A DNA stretch of 64,000 nt from an uncultured Clostridia bacterium (GTDB lineage: Bacteria; Bacillota; Clostridia; Oscillospirales; Acutalibacteraceae), in the NCBI GenBank assembly GCA_947589485.1, contig CANQBK010000001.1:20254-84253 (forward strand). The letters are read 5' to 3'. This document shows positions 1 through 10,286 of the stretch, in pieces (position 1 is the stretch's first letter; each line of letters starts with the position of its first letter). The notes below the pieces were generated by a model, which did no database searches, was not told the DNA's origin, and saw only the letters and a list, made by a program, of their open reading frames with translations. The position numbers were made by a program, and so were the translations under genes.

Positions 1-319
1 CAGGGATACCGCGTTCGGCACATTGTTTTACCAGAAGTTCACCGGGGTCTGAAATACACGGCATTCCCGCATCCGAAACTACCGCACAATTTTCACCTTT
101 TTCTATCCGCTCGCAAATTTCTTCCCCGCGTTCTTTGGCATTGTATTTGTGGTAGCTTACCATAGGTGTGTCAATATTGAATTTATTTAATAATTTGATT
201 GTTACTCTTGTATCCTCCGCCGCAATAAAATCGACTGCTGACAGCGTTTCAGCCGCACGCGGAGAAAAGTCGGACATATTGCCTATCGGAGTTCCAACGA
301 CAAAAAGTCTTCCGCTCAT
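1..319 (-). CDS. rsmI: 16S rRNA (cytidine1402-2'-O)-methyltransferase RsmI, N-terminal part (3' end lies outside the window)
   Basis: Reverse translation from ATG 319-317 gives MSGRLFVVGTPIGNMSDFSPRAAETL..., the typical RsmI N-terminus. The frame stays open to the window edge. Confidence 0.85.
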   Translation of the reverse strand, partial: MSGRLFVVGTPIGNMSDFSPRAAETLSAVDFIAAEDTRVTIKLLNKFNIDTPMVSYHKYNAKERGEEICERIEKGENCAVVSDAGMPCISDPGELLVKQCAERGIP

Positions 320-1063
320 TCAAATATAATCCTCCTTATATGCTCCGTAAATTTGTATCATCTCATCGGATAATTCTCCCCCGTCTTTTTCAATAAAAAG
401 TACAGGTTCAATAATAAGTCCCCCTTGTTTTCCTCCGTATTTACCCTCTATTAAAAAGAGTTTGGGCGCCTTGCCGTGACGTTGCTGTACAAAACGCAAA
501 CGCTTAGGTTCAATTCCGTGTTTTCTCATTGAAACTATTATATCGCTGAGCCTTTCGGGACGTTGGCACATACATAATCTGCCCGAATATTTTAAAAGCC
601 TTGACGCCGCTTGGGTTACGTCATCGGTGGTACATAAAATTTCATGTCTTGCAATTTTTTGGGCTTCATTGAAATTCATTATTCCTGTACCTGTTGCTTT
701 ATATGGAGGATTGCATACAACAAGGTCAAACGATGACATTTGTACTTTTCCGTCAAGCTCACGCAAATCGGAATTGACAACCTTAATTTTTTCGGAAAGA
801 TTATTAAGTTCAATACTTCGGCTTAGCATTGAACAGGCATCTGTCTGAAGCTCCACTGCTGTTACGCTTTTCGGAACATTGTCACGGCTCCATATAAGAG
901 GTATCGCTCCGCATCCACTGCCGAGATCGCAGGCAATATCTTTGCGGCGAGGTTTGGCAAAATTCGCAAGAAGAACAGTATCCGTCCAAAACTTATGTTC
1001 ATTTGAAACGATGATTTTTACTCCGTTACCAAGGGGTTCCGTATTTTCACCTTCCCTTATCAT
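320..1063 (-). CDS. SAM-dependent methyltransferase, tRNA1(Val) m6A37 (TrmN6/YfiC)-like
   Basis: 247-aa ORF with a SAM-binding DLGSGCG motif and a CNPPY catalytic motif. It abuts rsmI (TGAATG junction), as yabB-yabC does in Firmicutes. Confidence 0.7.
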   Translation of the reverse strand: MIREGENTEPLGNGVKIIVSNEHKFWTDTVLLANFAKPRRKDIACDLGSGCGAIPLIWSRDNVPKSVTAVELQTDACSMLSRSIELNNLSEKIKVVNSDLRELDGKVQMSSFDLVVCNPPYKATGTGIMNFNEAQKIARHEILCTTDDVTQAASRLLKYSGRLCMCQRPERLSDIIVSMRKHGIEPKRLRFVQQRHGKAPKLFLIEGKYGGKQGGLIIEPVLFIEKDGGELSDEMIQIYGAYKEDYI

Positions 1064-1091
1064 ACTAACACTCCCGAAAAAATATACTTAG

Positions 1092-1120
1092 ATTATAACA
1101 CAAAGTGTATTTACAGTAAA
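1092..1120 (-). promoter_or_regulatory. Candidate sigma-A promoter for the methyltransferase-rsmI pair
   Basis: Minus strand reads TTTACT-N17-TATAAT with an extended TGT upstream of the -10. It sits about 30 nt upstream of the start at 1063. Confidence 0.35.
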
Positions 1121-1141
1121 GTTGTAAAACATTAATTTATG

Positions 1142-1187
1142 AAAATAAAAATAATAATGCCGAAGCACCTCCGTGCGAAGTGCTTCA
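1142..1187 (-). terminator. Rho-independent terminator after ogt
   Basis: A 7-bp stem (GAAGCAC/GTGCTTC, 1162-1168 and 1180-1186) is followed on the minus strand by a U-rich tract. Confidence 0.6.
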
Positions 1188-1228
1188 GCAAACGCTTAAA
1201 TTGATTTTCACAATAATATCTTTCAGAA

Positions 1229-1696
1229 TTACATATTGTGAGTTTTCCCGAACCGCTCTATTCGGAGCAATTTTTCTTTCATTTCAATACCGCCGGCATA
1301 TCCTGTCAACGACCCCTTTATTCCTATTACTCTGTGGCAAGGCACAATTAACCATAACTGATTTTTACCGCAGGCACTCCCCACCGCCCTTACCGCTTTC
1401 GGTGAACCTATTTTTCGGGCAACCTCGCCGTATGTCATAACTTCACCGTAAGGTATGTTTTCAAGAATATGCCAAACCCTTTCTTGAAAGTCTGTACCGT
1501 TGAATTTATATTTTACATCAAACACTTTTCTTTCCCCGTTTAAATATTCGCAAATTTGACGGTAAATATAATCGGTGAACGGTGACGGTTCGTTTATTTC
1601 TGTTACATTAACTCCTGCTTTCAATAAAAGCAAAGTATCCTTTTCGTATTTCATTTGTATTTTTCCGAATTGACTGTCATAGTATGCCGTTTTCAT
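1229..1696 (-). CDS. ogt: Methylated-DNA--protein-cysteine methyltransferase
   Basis: 155-aa ORF with the PCHRV active-site motif and the preceding helix-turn-helix region (YGEVARKIGSPKAVRAVG). Confidence 0.85.
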   Translation of the reverse strand: MKTAYYDSQFGKIQMKYEKDTLLLLKAGVNVTEINEPSPFTDYIYRQICEYLNGERKVFDVKYKFNGTDFQERVWHILENIPYGEVMTYGEVARKIGSPKAVRAVGSACGKNQLWLIVPCHRVIGIKGSLTGYAGGIEMKEKLLRIERFGKTHNM

Positions 1697-1750
1697 ATAA
1701 AATTTCCCTCACATATCATTTAAATATTTTATACTCCGTTCAATAACCGT

Positions 1751-3746
1751 TTATCTTTCCTTGTTGTCCCCACTTACAATATTATAATATGTGTTGGAGG
1801 TAAGCCCGTAAATAATTATATAGAAAACAGAAAAAATCAAGATAGTTATAACCGTTGTTCCGGCAAATAAAATCGTATTGTTCAAATGAGCCATTAAAAG
1901 CAATTTTTGAATTATCGGAAAAGCAAAAGCAATATGCAGTGCGGAAAGGAAAAGCGGAAATAAAAATACGGTCAAAAGCTGTGAGTTAATACTTCTTTTT
2001 ATTTCCCTATCGGTCATACCTATTTTTTTCATAATTTCAAATCCTGCCCTATCTTCATATCCCTCGGAAATCTGCTTATTATATATTACTATAACTGCGG
2101 CAAAAATAAATACAATACTCATAATAATTCCTATATAAAATATTGACCCAAACAATCCGTAAAAATCTTCACGATCATTTTCACGGCTGTCTATATAACA
2201 GGTGTTGTATACCAACTGTTTTTTTACCGAAGAATCAGTAAAGGCATTATATAAATTATGATAAATCGAAATCTGATGCGCCGAATCTGTACCGGTATCA
2301 AAATAAAATAACCACTTTGTCTGAATCAAACCTTTCCCGTCCGAATCGACAACGGGCATTAATTTTTCAATTGTTTTTTTAAAATCGGGTACAATAATCA
2401 TCATATTTGAAAACATCATTTTATCTCCCGTATCGGGAATAAATTCATCTATCTGTTTTTTTATATTAAATTTGCATACGTTATTAAAAGAAATTGTACC
2501 GCTGTTGTATTTTTCGTCTTTTGAATAAATAAAAATTTCATCATCTGACAATATTTCGTCATTTCCCGCTAATCTGTTATAATCCTCAAGAGGAACAATA
2601 TATATGAGCCGCATTTTTGATGTTTCAATTAAACCGTAATCCGAAATATCGGTTTCAACCGTATTTCCGTTCAATATTCCCGAAAACATTGAAACACGAT
2701 AGTCATATTCGTGTTCCGGTTCGACACACGATTTTTCCAGTTCCGATATTACTCCGTTTTTAATTGTTTCGATATGTTTATTCGACAGATCCAACATATT
2801 TTCGAAATTAAATTCCAACTCTATATCTCTTGGATAACGCAATTTGATTGCGCTTTCTTCTCCTATATACAAACACGTCGTAAATGATATTATAACAAGC
2901 ACAAATGTAATTAAGATACATATAGAGGCAAGTCCTGCACCGTTTCTATTCATACGGTAGACCAATGACGATACCGACACAAAATGATTCGGTTTATAAT
3001 AATAATTTTTATTCCTCTGTAAAATTCTAAAAAACAAAACCGAACCGGAAATCATTACACAATATGTCCCAATTATTACCATAATGACGGCAATTAAAAA
3101 TGTTATAAGTACATAAAGCGGATTTTCAATATTCGCTGAAATATAATAGGCTGCCGCTAAAAATAAAATACCTAAAATCCCGATAAACCAATTGCCTTTT
3201 GGCGGTTTCTCTCCGATATTTTCACTTTTCAAAAGTGAAATTGTATCCGAAAGATGTATCTGAAATATTGAATTAAGAAACAAAAGTGCAAAAATAATTC
3301 CGAATATCTGTAAACTCTGCGTGTATTATATTGACAAGACCAAGCTCGGTGAGTTTGGATAAGGCAATTCCGACACCAATACCCATAACGACCGTTATTA
3401 ACGCTGCCATGAGGTTTTCCCAAAAAAGTATTCGGGCAATGTTTCGCTTTCCCATACCGAGAATGTTATAAATTCCAAATTCTTTTTTTCTGTTCCTAAT
3501 CAAAAAGGAGTTTGTATAAAAAAGAAATACTGCGCTAAATACCGCAATTACCCAACTGCCCATCGAAAAAATCTCACGAATAGTTTGCCCGCCTGCCAAA
3601 CGGTCTATAACACTGCTTGAGCCCAAAAACATAACTATATAAAAAACCGTGACCATAACGGTACAGGTCAGTATATAAGTTTTAAACATACGCTTATTTC
3701 TTCGGATTCCTCCGATTGCCAATTTCATATAAAATCCGATTTTCAT
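1751..3746 (-). pseudogene. BceB-type (FtsX-domain) ABC transporter permease, split by a frameshift into 157-aa and 510-aa parts
   Basis: ORF 3273-3746 encodes the BceB-like N-terminus (MKLAIGGIRRNKRMF..., TM1-3, RKKEFGIYNILGMGKRNI). ORF 1751-3283 continues in another frame with the large extracellular loop and C-terminal TMs. The two frames overlap between stops at 3326-3328 and 3273-3275. Confidence 0.7.
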
Positions 3747-4507
3747 TTTCTGAGCCTCCCGGAAGCAAGCATTGTGAGCGTATCATTTATTTTTTGATAC
3801 ATCTGTTCATCGGTATCTTCTCCTCTATATATCTGGTGGAAAACTTCACCGTCTTTTATAAATAAAACACGATTTGACACGCTTGCTGCCTTTACCGAAT
3901 GTGTTACCATTAATATAGTCTGTCCGGACGCATTTACTTGTCTGAACATTTGCAATAATTCTTCGGCTGAAACAGAATCCAATGCTCCCGTAGGTTCGTC
4001 AGCAAGTATTAATTTTGGATTTGTAATCATTGCCCGTGCCACGGCGGCTCTTTGTTTTTGACCTCCCGATACCTCATAAGGGTATTTCTTCAATAAATCC
4101 GAAATGTCAAGTTTATCCGCAATAGGCAGCAGCCTTTCATACATTTCCTTATAACTTTTTCCCGCAAGAACAAGAGGAAGATATATATTGTCCTCCAGTG
4201 TAAAATTATCCAGCAAATTAAATTCTTGAAACACAAAACCGAGGTTATCCCTGCGGAAACAAGCTATTTTCGATTCCTTTATTTCTTTAATATCCTTACC
4301 TTCCAAACGTACCGTACCGCTCGTCGGTTTATCCAAAGCCGCCAAAATATTCAGCAATGTTGTTTTTCCCGAACCCGATTCACCCATAATGGTAACGTAT
4401 TCGCCCGACTCAACGCTGAAATTAACATTTTTCAGAGCCTCCGACTTATTACCGCCCAAACGTGTAGAATAGACTTTTCTTAACCCGACAACTTCTAAAA
4501 GCGTCAT
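3743..4507 (-). CDS. BceA-type ABC transporter ATP-binding protein
   Basis: Walker A GESGSGKTT, signature SGGQKQR and Walker B LILADEPTGALD. It overlaps the permease start by 4 nt (ATGA). Confidence 0.85.
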   Translation of the reverse strand: MTLLEVVGLRKVYSTRLGGNKSEALKNVNFSVESGEYVTIMGESGSGKTTLLNILAALDKPTSGTVRLEGKDIKEIKESKIACFRRDNLGFVFQEFNLLDNFTLEDNIYLPLVLAGKSYKEMYERLLPIADKLDISDLLKKYPYEVSGGQKQRAAVARAMITNPKLILADEPTGALDSVSAEELLQMFRQVNASGQTILMVTHSVKAASVSNRVLFIKDGEVFHQIYRGEDTDEQMYQKINDTLTMLASGRLRK

Positions 4508-4601
4508 ATTTGTTTACCTCCCTATAAAATTTACAATTATATGATAGCAAAAACGGAAAATGCGCCGCCATAGATTCGGCTTACATTTTCCGCCTGTCAT
4601 C

Positions 4602-4615
4602 TTACATTTTTGTAA
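4602..4615. promoter_or_regulatory. Candidate BceR-type response-regulator operator (TTACA-N4-TGTAA inverted repeat)
   Basis: TTACATTTTTGTAA lies about 90 nt upstream of the ABC ATPase start. Downstream is a TATAAT -10 (minus strand) with a poor -35, as expected for an activator-dependent promoter. A related half-site pair, TTACA...TGTCA, lies at 4581-4599. Confidence 0.55.
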
Positions 4616-4617
4616 GT

Positions 4618-5607
4618 CTATTCTTTCTTTAATTTGTATTGTCTTAAATCTATTTTAACGGTTGTACCTATATCAAGCTCTGACGTTATGCTTATTTTCG
4701 CTCCCAAATTATTACATATTCTTTTGCATAAATACAGCCCGATACCGCTTGCATGTTTATCAATACGACCGTTGTATCCCGTATATCCTTTTTCAAATAT
4801 ACGAGGAAGATCGGACGGGGAAATTCCGATACCCGTATCTTCAATACACAATATTTTCGGCTGTTCCGTGTAAATTTTTATCTCTCCCTTATGGGTGTAT
4901 TTTAAAGCGTTTGACAACACCTGTTCTATAACAAACGAAAGCCACTTGTCATCGGTTATTACTGTGTCGCTTGTCGGTGTATATTTCGGATAAATTTTTC
5001 TTGCAATAAACTCCGATGAGAATTTTACAATGCTTTGCTGTATAATATCGTCCAATTTATATTCTTTGAATATATAATCTCCCGAACCCGAATCAAGACG
5101 AAGAAAAACGAGAACCATATCCACATATTGTTCAATACGGAATAAATCCAAAGATAGTTTCTTTGAAAAAGACGTATCTTCATTTTCCAATGACAGCTTC
5201 ATTGATGTTATCGGCATTTTTATTTGATGTACCCAAACCGTATAATATTCTATCACATTCTTATAACGCTCGGCAGCGGCGGCTTCACTTGCCGCCGCTT
5301 GTCTTTGCAATTCTTGTATGATATTTTGATAGTCATTTTCTTCAACGGAATTTGTTTCGGGCATAAATAAAATTTCGGAATCAATAACACTTTTTATTTT
5401 AAGCAAACGGTTATGTTTTCGCTTTACAAAAAAGAAATCCGATAATATAAAGCCCAAGCCGAGTAATACACAAAGCATTGACGGATAGGCGACTGCTTCT
5501 AACGGCAGATGATACATAAAAAAGCTGACTGCATAAATTAACGAAAAGAATAAAAATGCAAGTATTACTTTTCGTCGCTGTATTATATATGCGGAAAACA
5601 AATTCAT
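4618..5607 (-). CDS. Intramembrane-sensing histidine kinase (BceS-like)
   Basis: Two N-terminal TM helices with almost no extracellular loop, an H-box VHQIKMPITS, and N/G boxes (SNALKYT, DTGIGI, GIGLYL). Confidence 0.85.
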   Translation of the reverse strand: MNLFSAYIIQRRKVILAFLFFSLIYAVSFFMYHLPLEAVAYPSMLCVLLGLGFILSDFFFVKRKHNRLLKIKSVIDSEILFMPETNSVEENDYQNIIQELQRQAAASEAAAAERYKNVIEYYTVWVHQIKMPITSMKLSLENEDTSFSKKLSLDLFRIEQYVDMVLVFLRLDSGSGDYIFKEYKLDDIIQQSIVKFSSEFIARKIYPKYTPTSDTVITDDKWLSFVIEQVLSNALKYTHKGEIKIYTEQPKILCIEDTGIGISPSDLPRIFEKGYTGYNGRIDKHASGIGLYLCKRICNNLGAKISITSELDIGTTVKIDLRQYKLKKE

Positions 5608-5625
5608 TCCGTGTCCTCCTGACCT

Positions 5626-6303
5626 TTAACCGACAATATACCCTAAACCGACTTTAGTTACAATAAAATCGGTAAGTCCAACAGAATCTAATTTTTTTCT
5701 AAGACGGTTAATATTTACCGTCAGGGTATTTTCATCTACAAATTGACGTGTTTTCCAAAGCCGTTCCATAAGACTATCCCTGCTTACAATTTTTCCTTTA
5801 TTCTCCATAAGACAGGCAAGAATACGGTATTCGTTTTTGGAAAGTGAAATTTTATTTCCGTTGTAAAGCAATGTATCATCTCCCGTATTCAAAAATGCTC
5901 CTTTATGCTCCAAAATCGGAATACAAGAAGAAAAATCATACACCCTGCGGAGCATAGCCTGTATCTTTGCTATTAAAACACTGCCGTCAAAAGGCTTAGC
6001 TATAAAATCATCGGCGCCCATATTCATTGCCATTACAATATTCATATTGTCGGAAGCCGAGGAAATAAATATGATAGGCACTTTTGAAATCTTTCGTATT
6101 TCACTGCACCAGTAGTAACCGTTAAATATCGGCAGCCCTATATCAAGCAAAACAATATGCGGCTGATATTCCGCAAATTCACCAAGTATATTATTAAAAT
6201 TTTTTGCGATTCGGCAATCCAAATTCCACATTTGCGCACGCTGCATTATTAATTCCGCAATACACATATCATCTTCAACAATAAATAATTTATACTTGTT
6301 CAT
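5626..6303 (-). CDS. OmpR-family response regulator (BceR-like)
   Basis: Receiver domain (LFIVEDD, LLDIGLP) plus a winged-helix C-terminus (TLTVNINRLRKKL). I chose the start at MNKYKLFIVEDD (ATG 6303, GGAG 9 nt upstream) rather than the longer ORF start at 6336. Confidence 0.85.
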   Translation of the reverse strand: MNKYKLFIVEDDMCIAELIMQRAQMWNLDCRIAKNFNNILGEFAEYQPHIVLLDIGLPIFNGYYWCSEIRKISKVPIIFISSASDNMNIVMAMNMGADDFIAKPFDGSVLIAKIQAMLRRVYDFSSCIPILEHKGAFLNTGDDTLLYNGNKISLSKNEYRILACLMENKGKIVSRDSLMERLWKTRQFVDENTLTVNINRLRKKLDSVGLTDFIVTKVGLGYIVG

Positions 6304-6394
6304 AAGGCAACACTCCAACAGATATTTTATCGGCAAAGTAAAATATTCACGCCGTCTGCGCTTTGCTCTGCAACGGTATTTATCAGCAATTTGC

Positions 6395-6476
6395 TAAAAA
6401 AACTAAACATAAACGACAGCTTAATTGCTGCCGTTTACGGTTCCGTCCGATTGCCGAACCGATAAAACGGACGGAA
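6395..6476 (-). terminator. Tandem hairpins after queA; the second has a U-tract
   Basis: A 9-bp stem TTCCGTCCG/CGGACGGAA (6441-6449 and 6468-6476). A second hairpin ACGGCAGC/GCTGTCGT (6413-6434) is followed by a U-rich run on the minus strand. Confidence 0.5.
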
Positions 6477-6489
6477 ATATTAAAATATT

Positions 6490-7545
6490 TTATTCATTTT
6501 TCGGCTCGATATTTTCCGCAATAAGCATTGCGTCACCAAAGCTGAAAAAACGATATTTTTCTTTTACTGCCGTCTTATATGCGTTCATAACATTGTCATA
6601 TCCCGCAAATGCTGAAACAAGCATAATAAGCGTGCTTTCAGGCAAATGAAAATTTGTTATAAGACCGTCAAGAACTTTAAATTTATATCCCGGATAAATA
6701 AATATATCAGTCCAGCCCTCGCTTGCCTTTATACAGCCCTCTTTTTGAGCGACGGATTCCAAGGTACGGCAGCTTGTTGTTCCGACTGAAATTACACGTC
6801 CGCCGTTTTTCTTTGTTTCGTTTATAATATTTGCGGTTTCTTGTGTAATCTCATAATGCTCGGAGTGCATTTTATGGTTTTCCACTTTATCGGCTTTGAC
6901 GGGTCTGAATGTTCCGAGTCCGACGTGGAGTGTAACAAAGCCTATTTTTATACCTTTATCCTCCGCCTTTTTTAAAAGTTCTTTTGTAAAATGCAATCCC
7001 GCCGTAGGTGCGGCTGCCGAGCCCGGCTCACGGCTGTAAACCGTTTGGTACCGTTCTTTATCCTGTAATTTTTTGTGAATATAAGGAGGAAGCGGCATTT
7101 GACCGAGCAGATCCAGATTTTCATAAAAATTCCCGTTACATTCAAAATCAACAATACGATTGCCGTCTTCCGAAACATCTGTAACGGTACACTTCATTAT
7201 TCCGTTGCCAAAAGTAAATTTGCTGCCCGATTTTGCTTTCTTTCCGGGCTTTGTAAGAACATTCCAACGGTTATTTTCAATTTGGTTAAGAAGCAAAAAT
7301 TCCACATTTGCGCCGGTTCCGTCTTTTGTACCGTAAATTCTTGCGGGAAGAACCCTTGAGTCATTCAGAATAAGGCAGTCGCCTTTATGTAAAAAATCGA
7401 GTATATCGTAAAAATGCTTATGAACAATATATCCCGTTGTTTTATCCATTGCAAGAAGCCGTGAACTGTCACGAGGCTCTAAGGGAGTTTGAGCGATAAG
7501 CTCCTGGGGTAAATCATAGTAAAAATCACTTGTGTTCATTAACAT
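6490..7545 (-). CDS. queA: S-adenosylmethionine:tRNA ribosyltransferase-isomerase
   Basis: 351-aa ORF with [24 protein letters not shown] at the N-terminus and [10 protein letters not shown] near the C-terminus. The start may be the third codon (ATG 7539), which has better RBS spacing. Confidence 0.9.
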   Translation of the reverse strand: MLMNTSDFYYDLPQELIAQTPLEPRDSSRLLAMDKTTGYIVHKHFYDILDFLHKGDCLILNDSRVLPARIYGTKDGTGANVEFLLLNQIENNRWNVLTKPGKKAKSGSKFTFGNGIMKCTVTDVSEDGNRIVDFECNGNFYENLDLLGQMPLPPYIHKKLQDKERYQTVYSREPGSAAAPTAGLHFTKELLKKAEDKGIKIGFVTLHVGLGTFRPVKADKVENHKMHSEHYEITQETANIINETKKNGGRVISVGTTSCRTLESVAQKEGCIKASEGWTDIFIYPGYKFKVLDGLITNFHLPESTLIMLVSAFAGYDNVMNAYKTAVKEKYRFFSFGDAMLIAENIEPKNE

Positions 7546-7657
7546 ATTCCTTTCATTTCCATATTTCTTTTTGATTTTATCCGTACATTTCGTAAACGTG
7601 ATATATTCACACTCACTGCGTTTTCTTAAAAAGTATGTATCTGCGCCAAAAAATTTC

Positions 7658-8563
7658 TTAATCTTTAAAGTTCAAATCAATACTTTTTCCGTCATATCCA
7701 CATTCCGTATTCTCAAAAATACTTTTTGCGCTTTCTATTTCTTTCTCAGGATATTCAAGCGACGGGCTGTAATGTGTAAGCAGCAGTTTATCCACGCCGG
7801 CATCCTTGGCAAGACGGGCAGCCTCCGAAAACAGCATATGTCCCTTTTCCTTTGCCTGTAATATTTTTCCGTCATCGCCGTACATTCCCTCGCATACAAA
7901 AAGATCCGACCCTTGGGCAGCGTTCCTTATTGATTCGGTGGGACGGGAATCGGTACAGTATGTAAATTTTATACCTCTTCTGGGTCCCTCAAGAACCATA
8001 TCGGACGTATAAAGTTTTCCGTCAAAGGTTACGGATTTTTGTTTTTGCAGAACCGACCAAACAGACAGCGGTACATTGTTTTGTTTTGCCTTTTGAACAT
8101 TAAATTTTCCGACCCTGTTTACCTCGAAAGAATATCCTATACAAGGAATACTGTGTTTGGTACGGAACGGAGTTATAATCAATTGCTTCTTATAAAATGA
8201 ATCAAAACTCTTGATTTCCTCAAAATTTATGTCAAAGGTCAGATACGGAGCAACCACACAAAGTCTTTTGACAACATACTCGATACCCTCGGGTCCGAAA
8301 ATCGTAACAGGCTCGGTCCTCCCCTCATTGCTCATTGTCAGCAAAAAGCCCGGCAGTCCCAGTATATGGTCTGCGTGAAAATGTGTAATACATATTGCAT
8401 CGACCGATTTAAATTTATGACCGGTATTTTTTAATGCTATCTGCGTACCCTCACCACAGTCGATAAGTATTGAATGTCCGTTTAAGCTGAGAATACAAGA
8501 TGACAACCAACGGTTTTTTAACGGCATCGTACCGCCTGTTCCGGGCAAGGTTATATTAAGCAT
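7658..8563 (-). CDS. rnz: Ribonuclease Z
   Basis: 301-aa MBL-fold protein with the HFHADH motif and the typical RNase Z N-terminus ([16 protein letters not shown]). Confidence 0.85.
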   Translation of the reverse strand: MLNITLPGTGGTMPLKNRWLSSCILSLNGHSILIDCGEGTQIALKNTGHKFKSVDAICITHFHADHILGLPGFLLTMSNEGRTEPVTIFGPEGIEYVVKRLCVVAPYLTFDINFEEIKSFDSFYKKQLIITPFRTKHSIPCIGYSFEVNRVGKFNVQKAKQNNVPLSVWSVLQKQKSVTFDGKLYTSDMVLEGPRRGIKFTYCTDSRPTESIRNAAQGSDLFVCEGMYGDDGKILQAKEKGHMLFSEAARLAKDAGVDKLLLTHYSPSLEYPEKEIESAKSIFENTECGYDGKSIDLNFKD

Positions 8564-8619
8564 TAAATCACCTCAATTCATTTTACATACAAAAAGTCGG
8601 ACGTTTGACACCAAGCACT

Positions 8620-9228
8620 TCAATCTTCTAAATTGTCGAATATTTTGCCGCAGGTTTCCGTAAACTCATCTTTTGTCATTATAAGATTCAATATTTCGAG
8701 CATTGAATTTGACGTAAGGTTCTGCGGAAGATCAAGATATTTTTTCAGCTTGTCCCGTGCTTGGGACGAATTTGGCGTTCCCGTAAGACCGTATTCAAAC
8801 AAATCATATTTTGTTATGCCGCCTTTTGTTTTGGTATGACCCGGCAGCAACTCACAGCAAGCTCCCGATTTTTGTACAGCCTGACAAATTATCTGTTCGG
8901 AAACACCTTCAACTCCGAGTTTTCCCTCTTTGGACGGTTTATCCTTACGTTTTTCCTTGCCGAAAATATCAGGAATATACGCATGTTTAATCTGATTTTT
9001 TGGAACGGTTCCTTTTAAAAAGTTGCGTATGACAAAGCCTGCTCCGTCACTGTCGGTAAGCACAAGTATCCCCTTTGTTTGAGCAAGATGACGTATAAGC
9101 GCTTGTTTCTCTTTATTTTTAAATATGCCGAACCCGTCTGTCGTAATTATCAATCCATCAATAAAATTTGACAGTTTAATTTTGTCATATTTTCCCTCAA
9201 CAATAACAGCTTCGCGAATTTTAATCAT
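8620..9228 (-). CDS. rnmV: Toprim-domain ribonuclease M5-like protein
   Basis: N-terminal Toprim motifs (IVEGKYD, LTDSDGAG) and a C-terminal extension. It overlaps the holA stop by 4 nt. Confidence 0.65.
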   Translation of the reverse strand: MIKIREAVIVEGKYDKIKLSNFIDGLIITTDGFGIFKNKEKQALIRHLAQTKGILVLTDSDGAGFVIRNFLKGTVPKNQIKHAYIPDIFGKEKRKDKPSKEGKLGVEGVSEQIICQAVQKSGACCELLPGHTKTKGGITKYDLFEYGLTGTPNSSQARDKLKKYLDLPQNLTSNSMLEILNLIMTKDEFTETCGKIFDNLED

Positions 9229-10286
9229 CTGCTCGCCTCCTTTACCGCTATAAACAGTTCGGATAACAGGGTTTCCATTAATATACGAGCATTTACTCTT
9301 GTACTTTTCAGTTTTATATCCGCATTAAGGATTATATCAAGTATATGTCTGAGATTTTCCGTTGAAAATTTTTTCGCGTTGTTATCGGCATTTGTCAAAA
9401 CAAATTCTCTTTTACCGTAATTAAAGTCTTTGGCAACGTCGGAAACTTTTTTCCCGCTTTCAGCCGCAACACGCATTCGGTACATATCGACAAATGTTGA
9501 GCTTAAAACGGATAATATAATCTCAGGTTTCTCGTTGCTTTCAAATAAAATATCGAGCTGCTTGTATGCGCCGTTAAAATCATTTTTTAATATACAATTG
9601 GATAATGCGAAAATACGGACATCGGACTTTTTTGAGGCAAGTATGTTTATCATATCCTCGGTTATTTCATTGCCGTTGGCGTATGCTGACAGCTTATCCG
9701 TTTCATTTTTAAGCGTCATCATATCGGTTCCGCACATTGCAATAATTTTTGCCGCATTTATTCTGTTCAACACACACCCGTTCTTTTCAGCCCATACAAC
9801 AAGCTGCTGTTCAAGTGCGATGTCCCCTTTTTTGTCCGATTTGAACACTGTACCTGTTTTTGATACCGCAGTCTCAAATTTTTTCAGCTTTGAAATTTTT
9901 GAAGAGGATTTTTTGGTTTCTTTATTCAAAGTCGGCATTGAAAAAATCAATATCGTTCCGTCGGGAATTTCTTCCGTAATGAACTTTTCAAGCTGTTTAT
10001 AATCGCTTTCCGAAAGCGCGTCAATATCATAATCGTTTACAAGGACGCATTTAAATTCGGAAAACATTGAAATTTGCCGAGCCGCCGAAAAAATAGCTTC
10101 AAGGGATTTATCGGACTGAATTTTTAAAAGATCAAAATCAGACGGCTCTTTGCCGACCGCCTTATTAATGAGTAATGATGTATATTTTTTTACAAGATAT
10201 TTTTCATCGCCGTATATCAAATAAATTTTTTTGAAATTTTTTGAGGTAATTTCTTTTTTAAAATCCTGTTCCGTCAGCTTAGCCAT
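9225..10286 (-). CDS. holA: DNA polymerase III subunit delta
   Basis: 353-aa ORF with a delta-subunit-like N-terminus (IYLIYGDEKYL). It sits immediately downstream of comEC, the conserved comEC-holA arrangement in Firmicutes. Confidence 0.7.
   Translation of the reverse strand: MAKLTEQDFKKEITSKNFKKIYLIYGDEKYLVKKYTSLLINKAVGKEPSDFDLLKIQSDKSLEAIFSAARQISMFSEFKCVLVNDYDIDALSESDYKQLEKFITEEIPDGTILIFSMPTLNKETKKSSSKISKLKKFETAVSKTGTVFKSDKKGDIALEQQLVVWAEKNGCVLNRINAAKIIAMCGTDMMTLKNETDKLSAYANGNEITEDMINILASKKSDVRIFALSNCILKNDFNGAYKQLDILFESNEKPEIILSVLSSTFVDMYRMRVAAESGKKVSDVAKDFNYGKREFVLTNADNNAKKFSTENLRHILDIILNADIKLKSTRVNARILMETLLSELFIAVKEASR

Noticed and set aside
9430-10002. Long antisense ORFs inside holA (190 aa), and similar ones in recN (13553-14032), the amidohydrolase (54226-54711) and hemZ (62427-63023)
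   Set aside because: All lie opposite well-supported genes and have Ser/Phe-rich composition without motifs or ribosome-binding sites. I treat them as chance open frames.
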